From an uncultured Gammaproteobacteria bacterium (lineage in GTDB: Bacteria > Patescibacteriota > Patescibacteriia > UBA10025 > JAHIVO01), in contig CAZVMV010000001.1 in NCBI GenBank assembly GCA_964628855.1, forward strand, positions 11,813-75,812: a stretch of 64,000 bases of DNA, written 5' to 3'. The translations under genes and the position numbers were made by a program. Positions 55,350 to 64,000 of this stretch are shown piece by piece. A model generated the notes under the pieces. It ran no database searches. It worked only from the letters and a program-made list of their open reading frames with translations, and was not told the origin of the DNA. The first letter of the stretch is position 1; the number at the start of each line of letters is the position of its first letter.

Positions 55350-56081
55350 TTAAATAGTATCTTTTACGACTTCGCCCTCAGCTCCCTCAATCTTCTTAAC
55401 GACGATATCATCAAAAACTTTTTCCTGCACGACGGCGACCCAGCGCTGTTTTACCAGCTCCAGGATGGCCAAAAAAGTGACAATGACCTCTGTTTTGTTC
55501 TTGGCCGTTTTCATCAGCTCATTGAACCTCAGGGTCGCTTTCGTGCTGATCATCTGCTGGATATTGCCGATGCGTTCGCGGATGGAAATGGTCCTGACGA
55601 TGACGTCATGCTCCATGCTGACCCACACCTCGAGGCTGGCGATGACATCGGAAAAAAGCTCATATAACTTTTCCGTGGTCAGGTGCTTGGGCGGGTTGAA
55701 AACTTTGTCTATTTTCACCACCATCTTTTCCCGGGTGAAAGAAAAATGCCTTTTCAGGATCATCTTATGCAGGATTTTTGAGGCGTCATAAAATTCCTTG
55801 TACATCTTCAGCTGGCGCTCCAGGTCTGTCCCCTCGTCATCTTCCACCTGCAGTCCTGGCAATAATGTTTTGGATTTTATCAGCAGCAATTTGGCCGCGA
55901 CGACGAGAAAATCCGCCAGTTCTTCCGGAAGGATATCCTTTGACTCATTCAAATACCGCAGATACTGGTCAGTCACATGCGCCAGGGCGATCTGATTAAT
56001 ATCCATCTCCTCCTGCTCGATCAGTTGCAGCAGCAGGTCCAGCGGCCCTTCGAACTGATGTAATTTGAATTTATAAGCCAT
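55350..56081 (-). CDS. scpA: segregation and condensation protein A
   Basis: 243 aa. ...FEGPLDLLLQLIEQEEMDI..I.LA.VTDQYL... kleisin N-terminus. Adjacent to scpB. Confidence 0.9.
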   Translation of the reverse strand: MAYKFKLHQFEGPLDLLLQLIEQEEMDINQIALAHVTDQYLRYLNESKDILPEELADFLVVAAKLLLIKSKTLLPGLQVEDDEGTDLERQLKMYKEFYDASKILHKMILKRHFSFTREKMVVKIDKVFNPPKHLTTEKLYELFSDVIASLEVWVSMEHDVIVRTISIRERIGNIQQMISTKATLRFNELMKTAKNKTEVIVTFLAILELVKQRWVAVVQEKVFDDIVVKKIEGAEGEVVKDTI

Positions 56082-56084
56082 ATC

Positions 56085-56552
56085 CTAACGGTAAGAGATT
56101 AATATCAGAACTGCTATGCAAATAGCCGCCCAATTGGCGAACGAAATCCAATGGTGCCGCCACCAGTCCATGCCCTCAAAATGGAAATCCGAAATTGGAT
56201 AAAAAATACGAGTAGCCCATTTCCCTCTATGGGTAAATATGTCCATAAAAATATGCAGGTAATAAGGGATGACCAGCACCAACCGGGTCGGCGCAAAAAT
56301 TACCAAAACGAGCGAAACCCCTGAAATCGGCAGCAAACTGTGCGCCCAGTGGTATATCCGCAAATACATGGCACTTGGGTTGTCGGCCAAACTTTTATTG
56401 ATCAGGTTACGGATGAATTTCACTGGATGCCTGGCCAGTTCATACAATGCGGGCAGAATGTCAGGAAGCGCGCCAGTGAGTAGCGCCCACCAAACCAAGC
56501 CTGCTTTACGCACTATAATCGCCCCCCATGTGCCATGAGACAACGTATCCAT
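56085..56552 (-). CDS. membrane-bound metal-dependent hydrolase family protein (YdjM/DUF457-like)
   Basis: 155 aa. MDTLSHGTWG... start, His-rich helices. Confidence 0.45.
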   Translation of the reverse strand: MDTLSHGTWGAIIVRKAGLVWWALLTGALPDILPALYELARHPVKFIRNLINKSLADNPSAMYLRIYHWAHSLLPISGVSLVLVIFAPTRLVLVIPYYLHIFMDIFTHRGKWATRIFYPISDFHFEGMDWWRHHWISFANWAAICIAVLILISYR

Positions 56553-56604
56553 AAAAAACTTATTGCTTAAAAATAACTGCCATCGCCTTAGCTGTCAGGT
56601 AATG

Positions 56605-57072
56605 CTATTTTTTCTTCCCGATATTCCCAGTTTGGGCGTTTTCCGCCTTCAAATAATCTTTTACTTTCAAACGTAGACTTTCGGTGAAGCTGCCAGCAGA
56701 AAAAATCATGTCCTTGGCCTTCAGGAGTGCCTTGTCGGCAACAACCTCCACCTTATGCAGCGTGCCGAAAGGCGTCATGGCACCGGGCTTCGTATTAAAT
56801 TTATTTTTCATATCGGACTCACGTGCAATATCTACCTTTTTAGCCTTCAACATGCCCTTCAATTTCTTGAAATCCAGGTTGAAATGCGCCGGCACCACCA
56901 CGATATAGTATTTTTTATCTACTTTAACCAATAACGTTTTGGCTATTTCCTGTAATTTCCTCTTCATGGTCTGTGCCATGTCATATGCCGTGAAAACAGT
57001 CTTATGTTTCAATACCTCGTATTTTATTTTATTTTTCTGTAAATAATTTTGCACTTTTGCTGGGATGGCCAT
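56605..57072 (-). CDS. YbaK/EbsC-type aminoacyl-tRNA editing domain protein
   Basis: 155 aa. ...KTLLVK......VVVPA......K.....A......PGAMTPFG pattern. Confidence 0.65.
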   Translation of the reverse strand: MAIPAKVQNYLQKNKIKYEVLKHKTVFTAYDMAQTMKRKLQEIAKTLLVKVDKKYYIVVVPAHFNLDFKKLKGMLKAKKVDIARESDMKNKFNTKPGAMTPFGTLHKVEVVADKALLKAKDMIFSAGSFTESLRLKVKDYLKAENAQTGNIGKKK

Positions 57073-57088
57073 ATGAATTATTTTTAGT

Positions 57089-57406
57089 TTATTTAAACTT
57101 TTTTCTTCGCAAACCTAATGGTAACGTTTGCTGCTGCCCGAATAGTTTTTTTGCTTCTCTGACTCCCTTTACCGTTAAAGCAACTTCGTCGATAAACCAT
57201 TTCTCCGGTGTCCGGCGACCATATCCGATCATCAAACCTTTATCAATCAGGCGCTCTATGCTTTTCGTCAGGATCCCCGGGCGGTCAATCGTCTTCACAT
57301 CCTTGCCAAATTTATCATAGTATTTCAATAATACTGCCCTCTTTGTCCTACTCTTCCCATTTACGCTTGTCCTTAGGATGAATTTTTGGAGTTGGGAGAG
57401 TTTCAT
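57089..57406 (-). CDS. small basic protein, possible winged-helix DNA binding
   Basis: 105-aa Lys/Arg-rich ORF. No family assigned. Confidence 0.45.
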   Translation of the reverse strand: MKLSQLQKFILRTSVNGKSRTKRAVLLKYYDKFGKDVKTIDRPGILTKSIERLIDKGLMIGYGRRTPEKWFIDEVALTVKGVREAKKLFGQQQTLPLGLRRKKFK

Positions 57407-57416
57407 ATTATTAAAT

Positions 57417-58811
57417 TTATTTTTGGATTCGCAGGTGCAGGTCTTTTAGCTGTTTTTCATCCACTTCTGACGGGCTGCCGGTCATCGGTTCCCTATTATC
57501 CCCTGTCTTGGGAAAGGCCACAACTTCTCGGATGTTCGGTGCGTTGACTAAAATGGTCATCAGCCGGTCAATGCCGCAAGCAATGCCGCCGTGCGGCGGG
57601 ACACCGTATTCAAACGCTTCCATCATGTGGCCGAACTGAACTTTCGCTTCCTCTTTTGAAACTCCGACCAGTTCCAATACTTTTTCCAATACTTTCGGGT
57701 CAGTTGAACGGATGCTGCCGCCAGCCACTTCGTAACCATTTAACGCGATGTCATGCTGCCACGAACGAACCTTGCCCGGATCTGTTTCTAGCAAGCCAAT
57801 GTCTTCGGTGTGCGGCGCGGTAAAGATGTGATGGTTTGCCACCCACTTCCCGTCCTTCTGTTCTGATTCAAAGAAAGGCCAGTCAACAATAAAAGCGAAT
57901 GCTAACTCATTAGGATTATTTTTATCTTTCCGTAAGTCTGGCTTGTCGTTGCCATATTTTTCCATCGCATCGGTGTACGGTATCCTCGGCCATGGTGAAA
58001 AAGTTATTTTCTTTTCCGGAAACAGCACTTTGATCATCGAGGTGTACAGTTTTTCTATCAGATCGAGGATCTCTTCCTGCTCAACAAACGACATTTCCAG
58101 GTCCAACTGGAAAAACTGGTCCGGCGCCCGGTCTGATCGTGCATCCTCATCACGGAAGCATGGAGCAATCTGGAAATAGCGGTCGAACCCGGCTACCATC
58201 AGCATCTGTTTGTACTGCTGCGGAGACTGCGGCAAGGCATAGAACCGGCCTGGATACTCCCTGGATGGCACCAGGTAGTCCCTGGCGCCCTCTGGCGTGG
58301 ATTTAGCCAGGATAGGTGTCTCTACCTCAATAAAGCCCTCTTTATGCAGGAAATCGCGAATATACTTCACCAGCTGGGACCTGATAATAATAGTCCTCTG
58401 GTTCTTGGCACGACGCAGGTCCAGATAACGGTATTTGAACCGCAACTCCTCCCCGGCATCCTCTTTCTCTGTCTCGACAATTTCAAACGGAGGCGTTTTT
58501 GCTTCAGCTAATATTTTTAACCCTTCGGCTTGAATCTCAACAGTTCCAGTCGCCTGTTCCTTGTTCACTAACTTTTCCGGTCGCTTGGCAACAGTACCAA
58601 TTATTTCAACAACAAACTCCGGTCGTAATTTTTTAGCGGTTTCAAGGACTTCAACTTTATCAGGAGTAAAGACAACTTGAACGACTCCGGTAACGTCACG
58701 CAGTTCAACAAAAACCATTTTACCCAACCGGCGTGTTACATTGATCCAGCCATTGAGGCGGACTTTTTTATCGATGTGATGAATTGTGTCTTTGACGTAA
58801 ATGCGTTTCAT
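57417..58811 (-). CDS. aspS: aspartate--tRNA ligase, bacterial-type core lacking the GAD insertion domain
   Basis: 464 aa. OB-fold N-terminus, motif 2 FFQLDLEMSF, motif 3 GGIACGIDRL, bacterial-type tail ...AFPKTGDNREPMTGSPSEVDEKQLKDL. Confidence 0.85.
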   Translation of the reverse strand: MKRIYVKDTIHHIDKKVRLNGWINVTRRLGKMVFVELRDVTGVVQVVFTPDKVEVLETAKKLRPEFVVEIIGTVAKRPEKLVNKEQATGTVEIQAEGLKILAEAKTPPFEIVETEKEDAGEELRFKYRYLDLRRAKNQRTIIIRSQLVKYIRDFLHKEGFIEVETPILAKSTPEGARDYLVPSREYPGRFYALPQSPQQYKQMLMVAGFDRYFQIAPCFRDEDARSDRAPDQFFQLDLEMSFVEQEEILDLIEKLYTSMIKVLFPEKKITFSPWPRIPYTDAMEKYGNDKPDLRKDKNNPNELAFAFIVDWPFFESEQKDGKWVANHHIFTAPHTEDIGLLETDPGKVRSWQHDIALNGYEVAGGSIRSTDPKVLEKVLELVGVSKEEAKVQFGHMMEAFEYGVPPHGGIACGIDRLMTILVNAPNIREVVAFPKTGDNREPMTGSPSEVDEKQLKDLHLRIQK

Positions 58812-58817
58812 GTGAAG

Positions 58818-59720
58818 TTATTGAGTGAATTGAAATGTCGAAAGAATTGAAGTCGGCAAAGTATCTGGCTCTCGATAATTGAAGGTAAACAAATGCCCAT
58901 TATCAAGAAGCATAGCAGCACAATAGCTTAACTCCGCAGGGACACCGCAGTAATCCAACGCGATCTTGCTTCCAACATTAACTTGAGTCTTCCGGGTAAT
59001 GACAGGCGTCAGCTCTCCAAATCTGTAGGTATTAGCAAATATTGCTAATAAATCTGTGCTGCCAGTTGCGGCTGTCCCCACTTCAAACCAAAAATCAGTT
59101 GCGGCCTGCGTATCAGAAAAATTCAACGCCAACGGTGCATACGTTCCATACTGAGTCGTCGCTTCAGTTACTGACATTGTTGGAGGATATTTAAAGCTAA
59201 ATCCGTATTGACTATTCGTATACGTCTCCCAACCGGTAGTATCAACTGCGGAATTCATATTCCCATTCGTTACGGAATTGGGATTTAGATTAACTCCTGA
59301 ATTCGTATTAGTCGGCGTGACTAAGGCGCCATTTGTGTTCAAGCAATAACAACTGTCCCATGCACCCACCGCGCTAAATTTGCAGTCTTGGGTAATTACC
59401 TGTTTAGTGGCTATTGTTGACAGGAGGCTGAATTTGTTCGCCTCCTGGAAACGTAAACTATCAGAACTGCTACCTACCCTCTTGCATTGGCCAATTTCAT
59501 AACCATACTGCTGGCACCCGGCCTGGCACGTGGCGACTGTCTCTATGGCAGTGTTCGTGTTGTTATTCGCATTCACCTCAGCCGTACCGCCGCAGCATAT
59601 CCGATTACGCTCCAAGACTTGTTCGCTATGGTACCACCATGCGGCCAGGGCAAACCCCAGTGCCATGACGGAAATCAGGATGGCAATAGCTATATGTGTG
59701 AAACCTTTTTGGGTGATCAT
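58818..59720 (-). CDS. membrane-anchored Cys-rich extracytoplasmic protein
   Basis: 300 aa. TM anchor, Cys-rich half, and a C-terminal domain TTGWETYTNSQYGFSFKYP...ILSTFQFT shared with the next gene. Confidence 0.55.
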   Translation of the reverse strand: MITQKGFTHIAIAILISVMALGFALAAWWYHSEQVLERNRICCGGTAEVNANNNTNTAIETVATCQAGCQQYGYEIGQCKRVGSSSDSLRFQEANKFSLLSTIATKQVITQDCKFSAVGAWDSCYCLNTNGALVTPTNTNSGVNLNPNSVTNGNMNSAVDTTGWETYTNSQYGFSFKYPPTMSVTEATTQYGTYAPLALNFSDTQAATDFWFEVGTAATGSTDLLAIFANTYRFGELTPVITRKTQVNVGSKIALDYCGVPAELSYCAAMLLDNGHLFTFNYREPDTLPTSILSTFQFTQ

Positions 59721-60316
59721 CTAAATTTAAAAGTGGATAGAACACTCACGGTCGAAGCATTATATGGCGCCTCGTAAAAATATTTACCATTAATGAAATA
59801 GATCCGGTCATTATTGAGTGTGCCAGCTTTCTGGCGGTAGATAACCGCCTCAGTGCCGTCGATCTTTTCCATAAACGACTGATAGGATGACGGGTCGATG
59901 CCGGTTATCCTCTGGAAAGCCGCCGGCACAGCCTCTTCCGTTTTTGCCGGGAAGATACGCAGGTTGAACCGCTCAACCGTCCCTTCCATTAAACTAATCA
60001 TCGTCCCAGATGTCGTCCCGTAGATGACCTCGTCTTCATTGACTTTATATGTAGCTGGGTATTTAAACGACATTGGGAAAGACGAATTTTCGTATACCAA
60101 CCATCCGGTCGTATCCACGCTGGATGGTATGGATACTGACTGGTGCCGCACCGCCCGGACGATAGTGATTTCTGACGTCGGCGTCGGATTCTCTATCCAG
60201 AAAAAATAAAGGAAATAAAAAACAAAGACAACTACCACACACACCATCAAGATGATGGAGATGCCCCAAAAAGTCGTGATCCCTTGTTGGTTTTTCATGC
60301 CCATTATTTTTTGCAT
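59717..60316 (-). CDS. membrane-anchored extracytoplasmic protein, paralogous C-domain
   Basis: 199 aa, or start at 60304 via a TAATG overlap. DTTGWLVYENSSFPMSFKYP...VLSTFKF. Confidence 0.55.
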   Translation of the reverse strand: MQKIMGMKNQQGITTFWGISIILMVCVVVVFVFYFLYFFWIENPTPTSEITIVRAVRHQSVSIPSSVDTTGWLVYENSSFPMSFKYPATYKVNEDEVIYGTTSGTMISLMEGTVERFNLRIFPAKTEEAVPAAFQRITGIDPSSYQSFMEKIDGTEAVIYRQKAGTLNNDRIYFINGKYFYEAPYNASTVSVLSTFKFR

Positions 60317-60702
60317 AAGTTTTTAGTTAACCTGCAATCATTGCCCTGACTATCAAACCAATATTGCTGGCAGCTGACAGTGGTACCGTCCAGGGAAGTA
60401 TAACCGCACCATGCTTCCATCCCACCAGTATGATTCAGGACAATATCCCCAGTCCCCAAACAATTATTAATCAAGAGATAATTAGCACCACAACGATGGA
60501 CTTCGATCACTGAACATTCGGCGGGGAGCTTCTCATGCGCCTTACCGCAATAGCCGATCGCCACTTCCTCTCCTTTCTGGGCCTTCTCATTCTGCTTCAC
60601 CTTGATCGCGATGCCATTTAGCAGCACGACGGCCAATGCCAGAGTGCCGAAGAGGATGATCGCCTGCATACCGACACCACTCTGGTCAAGATCCCTCTGC
60701 AT
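60304..60702 (-). CDS. membrane-anchored Cys-rich small protein
   Basis: 132 aa. One TM helix and 9 Cys. Confidence 0.5.
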   Translation of the reverse strand: MQRDLDQSGVGMQAIILFGTLALAVVLLNGIAIKVKQNEKAQKGEEVAIGYCGKAHEKLPAECSVIEVHRCGANYLLINNCLGTGDIVLNHTGGMEAWCGYTSLDGTTVSCQQYWFDSQGNDCRLTKNLCKK

Positions 60703-60706
60703 AGTC

Positions 60707-62044
60707 CTACGGTCGTAAACGGTTGATTAGCCGGGGGAAAGGAATGGTCTCGCGAACATGGTCGAGGCCGCACACCCAGGCTACAGTACGCTCCAATCCG
60801 ATACCGAAGCCGGAATGCGGCGCTGATCCGTATCGCCTTAGATCAAGGTACCATTCAAAATCAGATTTTTTCAATTTATGCTCCTCGATACGCTGTTCTA
60901 ATAATTTCAGGTCATCAATGCGCTGCGACCCGCCGATCACTTCGCCGTAACCTTCCGGCGCCAATAAATCTGCGCAAAGCGCCACCTTCGGATTTGCCGG
61001 ATCCGGTTTCATATAAAAAGCCTTTATCTCGACCGGATAGCGGGTGATGAAAATGGGCTTATCATAAGCCTTGGTCAAAATTGTTTCGTCGTCATTACCT
61101 AAGTCAGTCCCCCATTCAATGTCAGAGCCGAGCTCCTTCAATCTCACCAGTGCTTCGTCATAAGTCATGCGTATAAAAGGTCCGACAACCTTTTCCAGCG
61201 GCGCTGTATCACGTTGGAGCAATGCTAATTCCGCATGGCGCTCAGTAAGTACTTTCTTTACGACATAAGTCACCATTTTCTCCTGAATGGCCATACTCTG
61301 ATCCAGGTCCATAAACGCCATTTCCGCATCAAGCATCCAGAATTCAGTCAGATGCCGTCGTGTTTTCGACTTTTCCGCACGAAAAGTTGGGCCGAAATCA
61401 TAAACTTTGCCCAATGACATGCAGAGTGCCTCCAGGTAGAGTTGCCCGGACTGGGACAGATATGCCGGCTCGTCGAAATAGTCTGTCTTAAAAAGCGTGG
61501 TCGTGCCTTCACATGAGGTAGGTGTCAAAATTGGCGTGTCGGTCATGACAAATCCTTCTGCGCGGAAAAACTCCCGAAAAGCCCAGATGATAGTATCGCG
61601 GACACGTAAAATTGCTGCCTGGCGTGGTGACCGTAGCCACAGATGCCGGTTGTCCAATAAAAAATCAGGGCCATGTTCCTTCTTGCCAATCGGGTATTCT
61701 AATGACTTCTGGATGACAGTCAGGCTGCCTGCCTCAAGTTCAAAACCGCCAGGTGAACGAGGCTCTGACTTGATCTTTCCCGTGACAGTTACGGATGACT
61801 CAATTGTTGTGGTCCTGGCTAACTCAAATTCTGCCTCAGCTACTCCCTGGGGTGTTATGACGCACTGAATAGGACCGGCTGAACCGTCACGGACCTGCCA
61901 AAACACAATCTTGCCGCTGGAGCGAATATTCGCGACCCAGCCTTGGATGGTGACCGATTGGCCGACATATTTACCTGCCTCCGCTATTCTGACATTTGGC
62001 ATATGATATGCCGATATTATAACATTTTTATAATGAATCGCCAA
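60707..62044 (-). CDS. asnS: asparagine--tRNA ligase
   Basis: 445 aa (possibly starting at MPNVRIAE). Class IIb core FRAEKSKTRRHLTEFWMLDAEMAF and GFGIGLERTVAWVCGLDHVRETIPFPR. Confidence 0.8.
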   Translation of the reverse strand: MAIHYKNVIISAYHMPNVRIAEAGKYVGQSVTIQGWVANIRSSGKIVFWQVRDGSAGPIQCVITPQGVAEAEFELARTTTIESSVTVTGKIKSEPRSPGGFELEAGSLTVIQKSLEYPIGKKEHGPDFLLDNRHLWLRSPRQAAILRVRDTIIWAFREFFRAEGFVMTDTPILTPTSCEGTTTLFKTDYFDEPAYLSQSGQLYLEALCMSLGKVYDFGPTFRAEKSKTRRHLTEFWMLDAEMAFMDLDQSMAIQEKMVTYVVKKVLTERHAELALLQRDTAPLEKVVGPFIRMTYDEALVRLKELGSDIEWGTDLGNDDETILTKAYDKPIFITRYPVEIKAFYMKPDPANPKVALCADLLAPEGYGEVIGGSQRIDDLKLLEQRIEEHKLKKSDFEWYLDLRRYGSAPHSGFGIGLERTVAWVCGLDHVRETIPFPRLINRLRP

Positions 62045-62150
62045 CTTTATTCCAGAACCGTAAAAAGCAAAAACGGCCCAATCAAGAGCCGCTTCTGCCT
62101 ATATATCTTTCAGATGTTATCGCGATAAAATCTGATAACGATCTGGGAAT

Positions 62151-62504
62151 TTATGTAATAACCTTATTTGACTGGTTGATGACAAAGGTGACGATTGCCC
62201 AAGCCAACAGGATGACGATCAAACCAACAACTGCTGCGCCAATGATCTTTTTGGCGGTTGAAACCTTGTCTTCATTGCCAGCTGCAGTCATCCAGACGAA
62301 GCCACCATATAGGATGATGACCACCGCGATCAAACCGAGGAATCCGAGGACCCACTGGATGATCTTAATGACTGTCGCTTCTAGGTCAGCTGTGCCGAGA
62401 CCCAACGTGGTTCCCAATGCCGAATCTACTGTTACGGCTGATGCGACAAATGGCAATGCCATAACTGCTAAAGACGCGACTGCGATAATGAGTTTTTTGT
62501 TCAT
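62151..62504 (-). CDS. TrbC/VirB2-like type IV secretion pilin family protein
   Basis: ORF trimmed to MNKKLIIAVASLAVMALPFVASA at 62504 (SD AAAGGGGGTGTAAT-ATG). Signal peptide, then two TM helices with ...YGGFVWMTAAGNEDKVSTAKKII... Confidence 0.6.
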   Translation of the reverse strand: MNKKLIIAVASLAVMALPFVASAVTVDSALGTTLGLGTADLEATVIKIIQWVLGFLGLIAVVIILYGGFVWMTAAGNEDKVSTAKKIIGAAVVGLIVILLAWAIVTFVINQSNKVIT

Positions 62505-62767
62505 ATTACACCCCCTTTCGATGTAAGATTTTATTAATTTAAAATTTCTTTTTGGAATAAAAGTAGAAAAAAGCTCCAAACGCGATAAGCAGTACTAGGA
62601 CAAAAAACGCTCCACCTGTTAGATTCATATTATTTATTGAATAATATGTCTAAATTATATACTAAAGGCGCATTTCCTGCAATATCTGCTATATATCTTC
62701 ATTAAATGAACCAAGCACACTATAATAGCCCAAAATCAATAATCTGTCAAGACTCAATTCATTTCTA

Positions 62768-62796
62768 TTGCCAAAACAAGCATCATTTGGTAGTAT
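62768..62796 (+). promoter_or_regulatory. sigma70-type promoter of the tRNA-Lys locus
   Basis: TTGCCA, 17 nt spacer, TAGTAT. It lies about 20 nt upstream of the 5' tRNA fragment. Confidence 0.5.
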
Positions 62797-62817
62797 TTCA
62801 ATATCCCAAATATTTTT

Positions 62818-62875
62818 GGGCCGTTAGCTCAGCTCCGACGCCCTAGTCGGAGCCCCGACAGCACGTCGGGGTTGG
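62818..62875 (+). pseudogene. 5' fragment of tRNA-Lys (nt 1-20) interrupted by two GC hairpins
   Basis: GGGCCGTTAGCTCAG [CTCCGAC-gcccta-GTCGGAG][CCCCGAC-agcac-GTCGGGG] TTGGT is identical to the first 20 nt of the intact tRNA at 62915, apart from the 38-nt insertion in the D-loop. Confidence 0.7.
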
Positions 62876-62914
62876 TCGGGCTAGTCGGATAATACTTTTC
62901 CAATCACAATTTAC

Positions 62915-62987
62915 GGGCCGTTAGCTCAGTTGGTAGAGCACCTGCCTTTTAAGCAGGGTGTCGCAGGTTCGATCCCTGCACGGCTCA
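62915..62987 (+). tRNA. tRNA-Lys (anticodon UUU)
   Basis: Hand-folded 73 nt: GGGCCGT-TA-GCTC-AGTTGGTA-GAGC-A-CCTGC-CTTTTAA-GCAGG-GTGTC-GCAGG-TTCGATC-CCTGC-ACGGCTC-A. Confidence 0.92.
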
Positions 62988-62995
62988 TAGTGAAG

Positions 62996-63027
62996 ACGCC
63001 TTAAATAAGTAAGGCGTTTTTGCTTTT
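62996..63027 (+). terminator. intrinsic terminator after tRNA-Lys
   Basis: ACGCCTTA-aataag-TAAGGCGT followed by TTTTGCTTTT. Confidence 0.75.
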
Positions 63028-63042
63028 GAGATTATAAAGAGA

Positions 63043-63125
63043 GATCCCTGCCTGTCCCGACCGTAGCGTCGGGGCACGGCTCATAGTAAAGACGCCTTAA
63101 ATAAGTAAGGTGTTTTTGCTTTTTA
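63043..63125 (+). pseudogene. 3' fragment of tRNA-Lys (T-loop to 3' end) with a hairpin insertion, plus a duplicated terminator
   Basis: GATCCCTGC [CTGT-CCCGAC-cgtagc-GTCGGG-G] CACGGCTCATAGTaAAGACGCCTTAAATAAGTAAGGtGTTTTTGCTTTTT. It copies 62971-63027 with 2 substitutions and a 23-nt insertion. Confidence 0.7.
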
Positions 63126-63184
63126 AATAAATACAAAGGCACCCCCGAATCAGGGGGGCGCCTAAATAACGTATAGCGGTTATT

Positions 63185-64000
63185 TTATTTGCCAAAATTT
63201 ACGCCGCCACGGAAATTAACAGGGAAAGCCCAAAACCAGCCTTTCAAAACTGCCGAACCCGTATTGACATCAAAGACTCTGACATTTGGGCCGCCACGTG
63301 AGACCGGCGAAGTCATGACCTCAGCGTACCCGTCACTGTCCACGTCATTCACGAACAAATTCACGCCACCCATGAAATTTGTGTCATATGCATAGAATGA
63401 AGTCACGGCCGCCAGCGAACCGCTGGTCAAACGGAAAATTTTAACATTGGAGTCTCCTAATGTTTTTGGCGCCAAGACAATTTCACCCAAACCGTCCCCA
63501 TCCAGATCGCCTACCTGCATTGACAGAGTCCCGCGGTAAGTAGTCGGATAAGCCATCACCCAAGTAAGTAGAGTAATTTTATTACTGGCGTTTAATGAAA
63601 ACACCCGAATATTCGGACCGCCATTCAAATACGGCGAGACGATCACCTCTTCTTTACTGTCACCATTGATGTCTCCTGTAGCCAGTTGAACACCGCCCAA
63701 AAATGTCGTCTGGTAAGCATATGCCTGATCCAAGGCTGTAAAATGTCCGGTCGTTGAATTATAACTGTAAATTTTCATCAGCGGGGCTGCGGCGGAAATC
63801 GGTACAGTCACCAGTTCGTCGATACCATCACCATTCAGGTCGCCGGCAGTCAGATTAACCCCGCCACGGAAACTTGTGCCGTACGCGAAAAACCCATCCA
63901 TCAATGAAAATCCGTCACCAGTAGAATTCAGGGTATAAACTCTGACATTTGGGCCGCCGGAAGAAAAAGGCGTAACGGCAATATCATCTTTGTTATCGCC
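63185..64000 (-). CDS. FG-GAP repeat protein, 3' part; gene continues beyond window end
   Basis: ORF 63185..63904. The same frame stays open to 64000 (GDNKDDIAVTPFSSGGPNVRVYTLNSTGDGFSLMDGFFAY...). The unit FRGGVN...GD.NGDG..E..T.P...GGPNVRV recurs. Confidence 0.75.
   Translation of the reverse strand, partial: GDNKDDIAVTPFSSGGPNVRVYTLNSTGDGFSLMDGFFAYGTSFRGGVNLTAGDLNGDGIDELVTVPISAAAPLMKIYSYNSTTGHFTALDQAYAYQTTFLGGVQLATGDINGDSKEEVIVSPYLNGGPNIRVFSLNASNKITLLTWVMAYPTTYRGTLSMQVGDLDGDGLGEIVLAPKTLGDSNVKIFRLTSGSLAAVTSFYAYDTNFMGGVNLFVNDVDSDGYAEVMTSPVSRGGPNVRVFDVNTGSAVLKGWFWAFPVNFRGGVNFGK

Noticed and set aside
62539-62628. 29-codon minus-strand ORF (MNLTGGAFFVLVLLIAFGAFFYFYSKKKF) upstream of the pilin gene.
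   Set aside because: It is a plausible single-TM peptide, but it has no SD and is too short to support from sequence alone.
1-64000. Search for a diversity-generating retroelement, integrase, transposase, restriction-modification or toxin-antitoxin pairs.
   Set aside because: I found no reverse transcriptase, recombinase, DDE or HUH motifs, no template/variable repeat pair, and no recognisable TA or defence-system signature proteins in any frame.

Overview
The window looks like a small-genome, Patescibacteria/CPR-like bacterium using the standard genetic code. This attribution is inferred from gene content only: a CBS-less IMPDH, a GAD-less AspRS, DUF3467, a T4SS-type pilin, FG-GAP and C39-like surface proteins, and many orphan ORFs. 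Genes are densely packed and lie mostly on the minus strand. Recognisable core content: a purine salvage block (purB-like, guaA, add, guaB); dnaX; cysS; a CIRCE/HrcA heat-shock locus (hrcA-grpE-hsp20-Zn ribbon-dnaK, with dnaJ displaced); gap-fba-tpiA; a D-Ala-D-Ala carboxypeptidase; scpAB; a YbaK-like editing protein; aspS; asnS; and four tRNAs: Pro(CGG), Gln(CUG), Glu(CUC), Lys(UUU). The most unusual part is about 9.6 kb of accessory DNA sitting between dnaK and dnaJ (24.2-33.9 kb). It contains (i) a GC-richer array of about a dozen single-gene units, each with its own TTGAC[A/T] promoter, GGAGG ribosome-binding site and hairpin/T-run terminator. Two of these units have no ORF and are candidate sRNAs. 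The array also holds an HD (p)ppGpp-hydrolase-like gene and a pseudo-receiver. It contains (ii) an AT-rich run of small membrane-protein genes with a decayed duplicate cassette. Other points of interest: a 1523-aa cytoplasmic orphan giant protein inside an envelope gene cluster; two CorA-like proteins that lack the GMN motif; a membrane-anchored stand-alone Clp NBD1; a VirD4/TraD-like ATPase; and a tRNA-Lys locus flanked by tRNA fragments interrupted by CCGAC/GTCGG mini-hairpins. No CRISPR array, rRNA, transposase, integrase or reverse transcriptase was seen. All functional calls come from motif reading by eye. No database search was run.
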